From a virus (taxonomy: Duplodnaviria > Caudoviricetes): a DNA stretch of 31,680 nucleotides. The position numbers and the translations under genes are program-made. The stretch is taken from the IMG/VR virus record IMGVR_UViG_3300002546_000070, positions 1-31,680 of that record; one strand, given 5' to 3'. Shown one piece after another: positions 1 through 8,455 of this stretch; position 1 is the stretch's first letter, and each line of letters starts with the position of its first letter. The notes beneath the pieces are model-generated. The model was not told where the DNA came from and did no database searches. It saw only the letters and a list, made by a program, of their open reading frames with translations.

Positions 1-18
1 AAGCTGAGGGGTCTTTGG

Positions 19-198
19 TTATTGCTCGTCTTCCTTGGGCGGGAAGAGAACGCATTCGCCGGAAATGGCGATGTTGGGCCGAAGCTTAATGGAAATGCCA
101 TCGCTGGCCACGTTCCATCCTGCGCCGACCTTGGTGTAGTAGTTCTTCTCTCCGTTCTTTTCGGAGACGAACACATCATAGTCTGGTTTCTTTGCCAT
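19..198 (-). CDS. 59-aa protein MAKKPDYDVFVSEKNGEKNYYTKVGAGWNVASDGISIKLRPNIAISGECVLFPPKEDEQ; possibly a small beta-rich ssDNA-binding-like protein
   Basis: Not in ORF track (<60 aa). Strong SD GAAAGGAGGT upstream on minus strand, TGGTAGTAT -10-like box; YTKVGAGW...GISIKL pattern typical of small mobile-element proteins. Confidence 0.7.
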   Translation of the reverse strand: MAKKPDYDVFVSEKNGEKNYYTKVGAGWNVASDGISIKLRPNIAISGECVLFPPKEDEQ

Positions 199-375
199 GG
201 TGGACCTCCTTTCTGTCCATCAACATACTACCACATTCCAACCCTCAAAAATAAAGTCTGACTACACATGCAGCCGCATGGCGCTCATGCTTGCTCATAG
301 CAATCAATAGCAAACGGTTACACACACCTGTCTATGTGAAAAATGACTGTCCTCGTAGTAAAATGAGGACAAGTC

Positions 376-996
376 ATGAAGACAATATTGCACTTGTGCG
401 CAGACACAGGTTCGGATTCCAGACCATACAAAGAAGCAGGCTATAACGTCATCTTGGTGGGTAGTGAAATAGGGGTAGAGAACTACACCCCAGACAGACC
501 TATTCACGGTATTTTTGCCAATCCAGTATGCACAGAGTTCAGTACAGCAAGAAGTAGCGGTAAGGCCCGCGACCCAGCCAAAGGCATGTACCTGGTAAAT
601 GAGTGTCGCCGTATAATCCAGGAAGCTGAGAACATCGCACCTTTGAAGTTTTGGGTGTTTGAAAATCCCGCCAAAGGGGTTCTTGCAGATTATATGGGGA
701 CGCCTAGCTATCAATACGAGCCATGGTGGTATGGCTCACCTTGGACTAAACGCACCGCCCTGTGGGGCAAGTTCAACATACCAAACCGCGTGTACCAAGA
801 TTGGGATGACGTGCCTAAACTAGAAGGTCTCTATCAACGACCAGGAAGAGGTAAGCCGTCACTCGCCTTTATGCACAAGTCTCACTATCACAAAATACCT
901 GAGTTCCAGTGCTTGCCAGAACCCCAAAGTGATATGGAATTTCGGTCTCTATGCTCGCAGAAGTTTGCACAGGCCTTCTTCAATGTGAACCGGTAA
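376..996 (+). CDS. Compact phage C5-cytosine DNA methyltransferase-like protein
   Basis: Motif IV-like ANPVCTEFS, motif VI ENP, motif VIII-like PWTKRTALWG; motif I degenerate (LCADTGS). Confidence 0.7.
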   Translation: MKTILHLCADTGSDSRPYKEAGYNVILVGSEIGVENYTPDRPIHGIFANPVCTEFSTARSSGKARDPAKGMYLVNECRRIIQEAENIAPLKFWVFENPAKGVLADYMGTPSYQYEPWWYGSPWTKRTALWGKFNIPNRVYQDWDDVPKLEGLYQRPGRGKPSLAFMHKSHYHKIPEFQCLPEPQSDMEFRSLCSQKFAQAFFNVNR

Positions 997-1042
997 CCAG
1001 TGGTACAATGAACACAGCCTAGTACATTGAAAGGAGGCTGTG

Positions 1043-1612
1043 ATGCCCGGCTACTTAGACTTCCAAACCATCAAAGATGCCAACCCAATCGAACAGGTCG
1101 CGGAGAAGCTAGGGCTAGTGCTTAAGAAGCACGGCAACCAGCTTCGTGGCCCTTGCCCGAGCGGGAAAGGTGGAGACCGCGCGCTTGTCATCACACCCGA
1201 CAAGCAAGCGTTCTACAGCTTCGGCATCAACAAGGGTGGTGATTGCATCGCCCTGGTGTCGCACGTCAAAGGATTGTCCCCCAAGGACGCCGCAGCGTGG
1301 CTACAAGGGGACACAGAGCCAGAGAAGAAGACCGCCGTCAAAGGTGGCGAAGTGCGCGAAAGTAGCGCAAAGAAGGAGGCAACGGCTGAACCCAGTGAGG
1401 GTTTCAAGCCGTTGGACTACCTAGTGCCAAACCATGAAGCGGTGATCGCAGTCGGCTTCGACCCTGACTTCGCTTCCACTCATGGTATCGGGTATGCCCC
1501 GCGTGGTGTTATGCGTGGGCAAATAGCAATTCCAGTCAGGAGTAGCAAGGGGAAACTACTCGGCTATATCGGGGTGACCGATTGCCGACTTCCCTCTCAG
1601 TGGCACGAGTAA
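1043..1612 (+). CDS. Primase N-terminal (CHC2 zinc-binding-like) domain protein lacking TOPRIM
   Basis: LRGPCP...FYSFGINKGGDCIALV resembles the DnaG ZBD; GIGYAP..GQIAIPVR..GKLLGYIG resembles the DnaG RNAP N-terminal part; SD AAGGAGG. Confidence 0.75.
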   Translation: MPGYLDFQTIKDANPIEQVAEKLGLVLKKHGNQLRGPCPSGKGGDRALVITPDKQAFYSFGINKGGDCIALVSHVKGLSPKDAAAWLQGDTEPEKKTAVKGGEVRESSAKKEATAEPSEGFKPLDYLVPNHEAVIAVGFDPDFASTHGIGYAPRGVMRGQIAIPVRSSKGKLLGYIGVTDCRLPSQWHE

Positions 1613-1616
1613 CTCT

Positions 1617-1643
1617 AAGCCCCTCATTCGTGGGGGGCTTTTT
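1617..1643 (+). terminator. Intrinsic terminator
   Basis: AAGCCCCTCA-TTCG-TGGGGGGCTT followed by T run. Confidence 0.75.
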
Positions 1644-1794
1644 CTGTCTCCTCATACCACCTCATCAAAATAATTTTTCATCTCTCATAGCTCCTCATTC
1701 CTACTCCGCTTTCATCATGGTGCAGAATGCCAACCGGTGACATCCTCTTTCAATTCAGCTTTGTAGGTCGTCTCGCAACTAAGGAGACGTGAAC

Positions 1795-1953
1795 ATGTCG
1801 TACTATCCTCGCAATCCAGTGGGCAGTCGCCCGAACCACAAGCGCAACACTCTCGGCAAGGACGCCAGGGACGTAGGAAGGGGCGTGGCCAAGGAGCTGA
1901 AAAGCCTCGGTCGCAGCGCCCGCAAAGAAGCGAAGAGCTGGTTCGGCCTTTAA
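1795..1953 (+). CDS. 52-aa basic hypothetical protein (MSYYPRNPVGSRPNHKRN...KSWFGL)
   Basis: SD AAGGAG at 1781-1786, ATG 1795, followed by a terminator; not in ORF track. Confidence 0.65.
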   Translation: MSYYPRNPVGSRPNHKRNTLGKDARDVGRGVAKELKSLGRSARKEAKSWFGL

Positions 1954-1974
1954 GACCAGCACCCCCAGAAGCAG

Positions 1975-2004
1975 AAAGACCCCGCCAACGCGGGGTCTTT
2001 TTTT
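1975..2004 (+). terminator. Intrinsic terminator
   Basis: AAAGACCCCGC-CAAC-GCGGGGTCTTT followed by T run. Confidence 0.8.
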
Positions 2005-2158
2005 GTCTGAAAATATTTTGCGTCGCTCCATAGCACCGCATTGCTACTCACTCAGCACATCCCACCACATACCAACCGGTGACAGCGCCCCAAGAATTGC
2101 TATCCAGGTGTTGCTGGATCAAGCCCCAGCACATTAAATAACTAACCAAAATAGAAGT

Positions 2159-2617
2159 ATGAAAAACCCAGAAGACAATAGCGGTGTTCTTAGTATGTTG
2201 GACAAGCGCAAGCTTGAAGCACTACTTTTGGAGGACATCGAGACGGCTACCCAGGCGTTTGCAAAGAATGTAAACACCCAGCGACTCGCACTTATTAATC
2301 GACTTGAAGCGAAGCCATCAAAGGAAGTCCAGGAGCTATTAAAGCTCTATCAGGACGGTAAAGAGGCAGCGCGGAAGGCTGAGAAGAAGATGGGAGAGTT
2401 GGGCTGGCAAGCCAACTACAATGATGCAAGTGTGGTAATAAGGACCTACGGTACTATGCCGAAGGAACTCGTTGAGTTTGACGATAAGGTGAATGCGACA
2501 AAGGCTAAATTAGCCCAACTCACACGAACTTACACGCTCAAGCTTTTCGGACGTGGGGTTGAGGCGCAAAACCTCTTCTCTGACCTTGCGAAAGAAGTGG
2601 CCAAACTTGTTTCATAG
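2159..2617 (+). CDS. Hypothetical helical/coiled-coil protein
   Basis: 152-aa ORF with A/K/E/L-rich composition. Confidence 0.7.
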   Translation: MKNPEDNSGVLSMLDKRKLEALLLEDIETATQAFAKNVNTQRLALINRLEAKPSKEVQELLKLYQDGKEAARKAEKKMGELGWQANYNDASVVIRTYGTMPKELVEFDDKVNATKAKLAQLTRTYTLKLFGRGVEAQNLFSDLAKEVAKLVS

Positions 2618-2628
2618 ACACGGGGCTT

Positions 2629-2850
2629 ATGTGCAGCGAATGCCAGAAACCTCCACAGTTTGTGGCTGGTAAGTTACCGACCTACAAAGGGTACATAGTA
2701 GATTATCGATTGCGGCAATTCAGGTCCCAACCGGAAGACCGCGGATTGATAGATTTCATCGACTTTGGCTGTGAGCGAGGTGATGAGCTATTTACCGAGA
2801 TGATACGGAAGGGATTGGTTCCAGACAGTATACTATCGATGCTCTTTTAG
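2629..2850 (+). CDS. Hypothetical protein
   Basis: 73-aa ORF 11 nt after the previous stop, ending before a terminator. Confidence 0.65.
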   Translation: MCSECQKPPQFVAGKLPTYKGYIVDYRLRQFRSQPEDRGLIDFIDFGCERGDELFTEMIRKGLVPDSILSMLF

Positions 2851-2860
2851 TCAAACTGAG

Positions 2861-2900
2861 GCCCCCGCGAAAGCGGGGGTTTCTTTTTGAGTGCTATACT
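2861..2900 (+). terminator. Intrinsic terminator abutting an extended -10 promoter (TGCTATACT 2892-2900)
   Basis: GCCCCCGC-GAAA-GCGGGGGT followed by TTCTTTTT. Confidence 0.8.
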
Positions 2901-2939
2901 ACCGACAGTACCAACCAGCTCTTTGAAAGGAGTACTGTC

Positions 2940-3677
2940 ATGAGTCTAATGCTACACGCGGGCGCTGAGGTCATCGACTATGATGGTCTCCGCTCCCTCA
3001 TCGTTCCCGAGGCTACCGAAACCCACGTCCCTATCCCGCATCACTCAGTGGTCGAGATGGTGAAATACAGCCTGGGCTTCTTCGGCCACGAGGTTGTCCA
3101 GGAAGACTATGGGGTGACACCGGACGGCGCACGTTTCTTCGGCGTTCTGTCGCTCCGCAGCGAATATGGCGATTACACCGATACGGTCGGTCTCAGGAAC
3201 TCGCATGACAAGAAGTTCCCCATCGGCATCTCGTTCGGCTCCAGGGTGTTCGTCTGCGACAACCTCGCCTTCAACGGCGAACACGTCATCAAGCGGAAGC
3301 ACACCAAAAATGCCAAGCACGCACTGCCATCACTGGTGGCGCAGGTGGTGGAACCGCTTCGCGACCAACGTCTGCACCAGGCGAATGTCTTTGAAGCCTT
3401 CCAAGGCACACGGCTCGGCGCAGCTCAGGTAGACCATGCCATCATGACGCTCTACCGGCGCGGGGTCATCAACCTGACCCGCATCGCAGACGTTCTGGAG
3501 GCATACGAACATCCACCGCATGATTGGGGTGGGGAGACTGCGTACCGGCTCTTCAACGCCACCACGTTCGCTCTTCGGGGCAAGGTGATGGAGAACCCGA
3601 GCCTGACCAAACCGCTGTACGATGTCATCGATGGCTTTTGTACCATCCGAGACACCAGACAACTCCAGCTGGTGTAA
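2940..3677 (+). CDS. DUF932-family phage/plasmid protein
   Basis: T(E)THVPIPH, GLRNSHDK, RVFVCDNLAF, HTKN, TAYRLFNATT motifs; SD GAAAGGAG. Confidence 0.75.
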   Translation: MSLMLHAGAEVIDYDGLRSLIVPEATETHVPIPHHSVVEMVKYSLGFFGHEVVQEDYGVTPDGARFFGVLSLRSEYGDYTDTVGLRNSHDKKFPIGISFGSRVFVCDNLAFNGEHVIKRKHTKNAKHALPSLVAQVVEPLRDQRLHQANVFEAFQGTRLGAAQVDHAIMTLYRRGVINLTRIADVLEAYEHPPHDWGGETAYRLFNATTFALRGKVMENPSLTKPLYDVIDGFCTIRDTRQLQLV

Positions 3678-3681
3678 TCCT

Positions 3682-3719
3682 ATCCCCGCCACACCAGGCG
3701 GGGATTTTTTTGTTATAAT
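3682..3719 (+). terminator. Intrinsic terminator fused to extended -10 promoter TGTTATAAT (3711-3719)
   Basis: ATCCCCGCC-ACACCA-GGCGGGGAT followed by T run running into TGTTATAAT. Confidence 0.8.
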
Positions 3720-3725
3720 AAGCTC

Positions 3726-3797
3726 ACCTCAAATGAGGTTTAAAAGCTAGTGCGTTGTACCCTGCCTGAGTGTCACTAGCGCAGGTGGGGTAGAGCG
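3726..3797 (+). ncRNA. Structured 5' leader (hairpin + putative pseudoknot) of HNH gene
   Basis: ACCTCA/TGAGGT hairpin; GCTAGTG (3746-3752) complementary to CACTAGC (3774-3780) in the 13-nt loop of a ~16-bp stem (3753-3768/3782-3797). Confidence 0.5.
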
Positions 3798-3813
3798 GTA
3801 ATTCCAACTGAAT

Positions 3814-4338
3814 ATGGAAAAAGAAGAATGGAAGTGGGTGGTCGGACACGAAGGACTATACCAAGTCAGCAATCTTGGGCGAGTAAGGTCCTTTGTAAAA
3901 AATCCGAACGGTATTTTATTGAAACCCTCGTCTTGCTGGCTAGGGTACCAAGCAGTCGTTCTACATAAAAATAAGCGTGGTACGACGACGTGGGTACACA
4001 GGATGGTGGCGCAAGCATTCATACCTAAGCTGTCCCACACTGATGAGGTCAATCACATTGATAGCAACACATCAAATAATGCGGTAGAAAATCTTGAGTG
4101 GGTTACCCATCATCAGAACATGCAACATGCCTTCTCAAAGGGAAATGGCAAACATCCTCCGCTCCATCATGGCGAAGCACAGCACAACTCGAAACTGACT
4201 GAAAAAGTTGTCCGAGAAATAAGAGAGAGATACTCATCTGGTAAGGTTGCGTGTGCAGCAATTGCTAGAGACTACAATGTTTCCAGAAATTGCATTCACT
4301 CGATTGTGCAAAGAAAAAGCTGGAAGCACATCACCTGA
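3814..4338 (+). CDS. NUMOD4-HNH homing endonuclease with C-terminal HTH
   Basis: EEWKWVVGHEGLYQVSNLGRVRS (NUMOD4); VHRMVAQAF...VNHIDSNTSNNAVENLEWVTHHQNMQH (HNH); GEAQHNSKLTE...IARDYNVS. Confidence 0.92.
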   Translation: MEKEEWKWVVGHEGLYQVSNLGRVRSFVKNPNGILLKPSSCWLGYQAVVLHKNKRGTTTWVHRMVAQAFIPKLSHTDEVNHIDSNTSNNAVENLEWVTHHQNMQHAFSKGNGKHPPLHHGEAQHNSKLTEKVVREIRERYSSGKVACAAIARDYNVSRNCIHSIVQRKSWKHIT

Positions 4339-4352
4339 CTCTGTCCGGAGAA

Positions 4353-4474
4353 ATCTCGGCAAGGCGAGGCTCCCTTCCCCGTTGCTGGATGTCTCCCTTC
4401 GCTTCTGAGAAGCGGTCAAAATGAAAATGAGTGACACAACCGCTAGTGGGGGAGTGCTAGAATCTATCCGAGAT
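4353..4474. ncRNA. Candidate structured RNA downstream of HNH gene
   Basis: Nested complementarity: ATCTCGG/CCGAGAT closing stem, CTCCC/GGGAG, TGTC/GACA, CGCTTC/GAAGCG hairpin. Confidence 0.3.
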
Positions 4475-4498
4475 AAGCTTATTTATAGCCGTACTTTA

Positions 4499-4520
4499 CT
4501 TGTATAATCAATTATACAAG
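4499..4520. promoter_or_regulatory. Palindromic operator-like site CTTGTATAAT-CA-ATTATACAAG containing TATAAT on both strands
   Basis: Perfect 10-bp inverted repeat with a 2-nt spacer in an intergenic region. Confidence 0.55.
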
Positions 4521-4591
4521 AGAGGGCGCACAACCAACTATCCCCACACAACCAACCAACATACCGCCACATACCGGCGTATAATAAGCGC

Positions 4592-4839
4592 ATGGCAGTT
4601 CCCGACATTATCAATAGCTACAACAGCCCATGCGGAGCGATGACCGAGCGACGTACATATGCAAACAGTGGCACGAGATAGGCATCCGCCAGAGGCACTA
4701 CCTCAGCGACGTTCCCTACCAAGACCTTGCCCCTGAGCATCGCGCCGAACTCATGAAGCGTGCGCTTCCCTTCGCCCGCGCGCACAAGCACGTCCCCTTT
4801 GTTGTAATGCGGGGTGACGAGAAGAAGCAACTGTGGTGA
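4592..4839 (+). CDS. Small hypothetical protein, probably starting at ATG 4592 with a 1-nt frameshift near 4613-4617 joining ORF 4630-4839
   Basis: TATAAT 4580-4585 lies 6 nt before ATG 4592; adding one A (AATAG to AATAAG) gives MAVPDIINKLQQPMRSDDRATY... Confidence 0.45.
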
Positions 4840-4862
4840 AATTAATGGTACAATTTTAATAT

Positions 4863-5327
4863 ATGGCGAAAGCTAAAGCAAAACCGAAAGCTCCCAAGGG
4901 CCGTCCTACAAAATACTCCCCCGCAATCCTCAAGGCCACAAACGACTACGTGGACGCGTGCGTGGACAAGGTGAAACTCTTTCACAAGACGCAGGGGATG
5001 AACTCAGACACCTATGAACGAATCGTATTTGCCAATCTCCCGATGAAGGAAGAGCTGGCATTTAAACTAGGCGTTCACCGCGACACACTCACCGAATGGG
5101 CCAAGCAACACCCAGATTTTTCCGTCGCATTAGAGCGATTAGAGCAGAAGCAAAAGATTATGCTCATCCGTGGGGGCATCTCCGGCCAGTACAATCCACT
5201 CATCACCAAGCTCACTCTCTCTGCCAACCACGGCATGAAGGAGAAAACTGATGTGACCACCGACGATAAGCCACTCCCGCAACCAATCATCAATGTACCT
5301 AGAAACGACATCGACACGAAAGATTAA
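4863..5327 (+). CDS. terS: Terminase small subunit
   Basis: GRPTKY motif, HTH (ELAFKLGVHRDTLTEWAKQHPDFS), C-terminal EKTDVTT; overlaps terL. Confidence 0.88.
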   Translation: MAKAKAKPKAPKGRPTKYSPAILKATNDYVDACVDKVKLFHKTQGMNSDTYERIVFANLPMKEELAFKLGVHRDTLTEWAKQHPDFSVALERLEQKQKIMLIRGGISGQYNPLITKLTLSANHGMKEKTDVTTDDKPLPQPIINVPRNDIDTKD

Positions 5328-6426
5328 GGAGCTACGCAAGCGCATTAAGGCAGTCCAAGGCGGCACCTCAGCTTCTAAAACAATCAGCATCTTGCTCGTG
5401 CTTATTGGCCTGGCACAATCAGACACAAAACCAACCCTCACTTCAGTCGTTTCCGAAAGCCTCCCTCACCTCAAGCGTGGCGCTATCCGAGACTTTCTCA
5501 ATATCCTCAAGGAGCATGGGTATTACGACGATGCCCGTTGGAACCGTTCCGACTTCATCTATACCTTCGAGACAGGCTCTCAGATTGAGTTCTTCTCGGC
5601 AGACCAACCGGACAAGCTTCGTGGCGCACGACGTGAACGGCTTTATCTCAACGAGTGCAACAACGTCCATTTTGACGCCTTTGAACAGCTTGAGGTGCGT
5701 ACCTACGACAGCGTGTGGCTCGACTGGAACCCATCGGCTGAGTTTTGGTTCTATACCGACGTACTGGGTAAGCGCGATGACGTGGACCATATCACGGTCA
5801 CCTACCTCGACAACGAAGCCCTAGATGCCCGCACCGTCGCCTCAATCGAACAGCGCAAGAACCGTCCCGAGTGGTGGAAGGTGTACGGTCTCGGTCAGCT
5901 TGGCGAGATTGAAGGCCGTATCTACACAGGCTGGCAGACAGTCGATGAGATACCCCATGAGGCCCGTCTCAAGGCTATCGGCCTCGACTTCGGCTACACC
6001 AACGACCCCACCGCAGCCATTGCCATCTACGACTACAACGGCGGGTATATCTTCGATGAGATACTGTACCGGAAGGGCATGAGTAACAAGGCGATAGCCG
6101 ATGCTCTCGCAACATACCCAAACGCTTTGGTGATTGCGGACAGCTCAGAACCGAAATCTATCGACGAGCTAAAGAGCTACGGCGTGAACGTGCTACCGGC
6201 CACCAAGGGACCAGGGAGCGTGAACCAAGGTATTGCCTATGTGCAGGACCAGAAATGCTCAATCACTACCCGCTCCGTCGCTACGCTCAAGGAGCAACGA
6301 AACTACCTCTGGATACGTGACCGTAACGGTAAGGTGACCAACAACCCGCAGGATTACGACAACCACGCACTCGACGCCATCCGCTATGGTATCGGCGTGA
6401 AGAAGCCAGGCTTGCTATTCGCCTAG
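5293..6426 (+). CDS. terL: Terminase large subunit, PBSX/SPP1-like
   Basis: Walker A QGGTSASKT, Walker B LYLNEC, DWNP, GLDFGYTNDPTA, ADSSEPKSI, DNHALDAIRY. Confidence 0.95.
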   Translation: MYLETTSTRKIKELRKRIKAVQGGTSASKTISILLVLIGLAQSDTKPTLTSVVSESLPHLKRGAIRDFLNILKEHGYYDDARWNRSDFIYTFETGSQIEFFSADQPDKLRGARRERLYLNECNNVHFDAFEQLEVRTYDSVWLDWNPSAEFWFYTDVLGKRDDVDHITVTYLDNEALDARTVASIEQRKNRPEWWKVYGLGQLGEIEGRIYTGWQTVDEIPHEARLKAIGLDFGYTNDPTAAIAIYDYNGGYIFDEILYRKGMSNKAIADALATYPNALVIADSSEPKSIDELKSYGVNVLPATKGPGSVNQGIAYVQDQKCSITTRSVATLKEQRNYLWIRDRNGKVTNNPQDYDNHALDAIRYGIGVKKPGLLFA

Positions 6427-6442
6427 TGTATAATTTCGGTAT

Positions 6443-8422
6443 ATGCGAAACCCCCTCAAAGGACTTTTCCAAACCAAATCTATCGGCATTCACCGTATCG
6501 ACGGTCTCAGTGGCTTTGAACACCTCACCGATTCCAACAACCTCAACTCATACAAGGACAGCCTATACCTCTACATAGGCGTTTCGATGATTATGAAGCG
6601 GGTGGCTGGCATCCCGCTTGAGCTGTACAAAATCAAGAACAAGAAAGGGGATGTGGCTGAGGTATTTGACCACCCACTCCTTGACGTACTCAACAACCCC
6701 AACAGCTTCCAATCAGCTCGTGAGTTTTGGGAGCTATCAGTCTCCCACTACCTGCTCTCAGGCGACTGTTTTTGGCTCCTGGAGCGTAATGGCACGAAGA
6801 TAGTGCAGATGATGGTGCTTCGCCCCGATTATGTTGAGGTGGCGCTCTCAAACGACGGTAAGACGATTGTCGGCTATGACTACCGCTTCCGCACGGTCCA
6901 GCGTTTCAAGCCCGAGAACGTGCTTCATATCCGCAACACAGACCCGACGAACCCGCTTCGAGGTGTTGGCGTTGTACGTCCCGCTCGCTCCCGCATCCTC
7001 ACTGAGATTGAGGCCACTGCCTACCAGGCGAGCTTCTTCAAAAACCAAGGGCGACCGGACTTCGCTGTCTTTGCCGATGCTGACGTGGACGAAGAGAAGG
7101 CCGCTGACTTCCGCGCCCGATGGAAGGCTGTCTTTGGTGGCAAGAACGCCGGAAGCGTGGGGATCTTCGGTCGCAACGTCAAATCGGTCCAGGAACTCAA
7201 CAAAACCCCTAAAGAGATGGACTTCATCGCCAGCCAGCACTTCCTACGCGATGACATCCTCGCCGCTCTGCGTATCCCGAAGGCGATGGTGACCAGCGAC
7301 GACGTGAACCTTGCCAATGCCAAGGAAGCCTACCGCGTATTCCTCCAGGAAGCTGTGACACCTGTCTTTGAAGCCTTCCTCGATGTCATCAACACCAAGC
7401 TTGTCCCTGCCGTGGACGATAGCGTCTTCTTCGACTTCACCGACCCAGCGCCGGTGGACCGTGAAATGCTTCTCAAGGAGACCAGAGAGCTAAAAACCGC
7501 TGGCATCATCACCGCCAACGAAGCCCGCGCCATGTACAACTACGACGCACTAGACGGCGGAGACACCCTCTCAGCGTCCCCACAAGCCACCCAGGCGCTC
7601 ACTGAGACAGCCAAGCGGTTCATTCGTAAGCGTCCGCTCCTGGCCAAGAAGCTTGAAGCCACAGAGGCCATGGCCTTGGTCATCCTCAATAGCCAGCCAA
7701 AGCGCCAGCTCAACAGCATCTTCCCAGACCAGAAGAGCAAACTACTCTACGCCAAGGCGGTCAATGACCGTGCTGACCGTAAGGCTGAAAAGGTCAAAAA
7801 GGACATCGATGTCTTTCATGAGGGCATGATGAAGCGTGTCCTTGAGAGCGACCTCACAGTGGACGGCTTTATGGACAAGCAGGCCGAGAAGAAGACCGCC
7901 AAAGACTTCTTCACCCCTATCATGGTCAAGCTCTACAACGAGAACGGCCAAGAGGCCCTGGACGCACTCTTCCGCAAGGCCAGCGCAGAACACTTCTTCG
8001 CCGATGCGGTCCTACTCGCTGCCATCGAAGGGCGTGTTGAGTTCTTCACCGCTTCCATCGTGGACACCACGTTTGAGGTTCTCAAATCGCAGATTATCGA
8101 GGGTGTGAAGGAGGGGTATGGCGTCGATAAGATTGCCAAGAACATCCGCGATACCTTCGACAACATCAGCAAGAACCGTGCAAAGACCATCGCGCAGACC
8201 GAGACCAACTTCGTACTCTCAAAATCTACCAACGACGCATACGCTCAATCGAGTGTGGTGACAGGCAAGGAGTGGCTGACTGTCGGAGACGACAAGGTGC
8301 GACCAGAACACGTCGAAAACAACGGCAAGATTGTGGCTAAGGGCGGGACGTTCCCGAGTGGTGAAAGCTACCCAGCGGAGCATTCGGTCAATTGTCGCTG
8401 TATCTTACTCCCGACCGTTTAA
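6443..8422 (+). CDS. Portal protein (HK97-like) fused to a C-terminal Mu gpF/SPP1 gp7-like head morphogenesis domain
   Basis: HPLLDVLNNPN, GDCFW, FFKNQGRP, KEMDF, ITANEAR (portal); RAKTIAQTET, KEWLTVGDDKVRPEH, HSVNCRC (gpF-like). Confidence 0.9.
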   Translation: MRNPLKGLFQTKSIGIHRIDGLSGFEHLTDSNNLNSYKDSLYLYIGVSMIMKRVAGIPLELYKIKNKKGDVAEVFDHPLLDVLNNPNSFQSAREFWELSVSHYLLSGDCFWLLERNGTKIVQMMVLRPDYVEVALSNDGKTIVGYDYRFRTVQRFKPENVLHIRNTDPTNPLRGVGVVRPARSRILTEIEATAYQASFFKNQGRPDFAVFADADVDEEKAADFRARWKAVFGGKNAGSVGIFGRNVKSVQELNKTPKEMDFIASQHFLRDDILAALRIPKAMVTSDDVNLANAKEAYRVFLQEAVTPVFEAFLDVINTKLVPAVDDSVFFDFTDPAPVDREMLLKETRELKTAGIITANEARAMYNYDALDGGDTLSASPQATQALTETAKRFIRKRPLLAKKLEATEAMALVILNSQPKRQLNSIFPDQKSKLLYAKAVNDRADRKAEKVKKDIDVFHEGMMKRVLESDLTVDGFMDKQAEKKTAKDFFTPIMVKLYNENGQEALDALFRKASAEHFFADAVLLAAIEGRVEFFTASIVDTTFEVLKSQIIEGVKEGYGVDKIAKNIRDTFDNISKNRAKTIAQTETNFVLSKSTNDAYAQSSVVTGKEWLTVGDDKVRPEHVENNGKIVAKGGTFPSGESYPAEHSVNCRCILLPTV

Positions 8423-8455
8423 AGGACATTTTTAGCCTCGTGATATAATCAACCT

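Noticed and set aside
3720-4480. Group I intron around the HNH gene
   Set aside because: No recognisable P7 core elements and no interrupted host gene on either side
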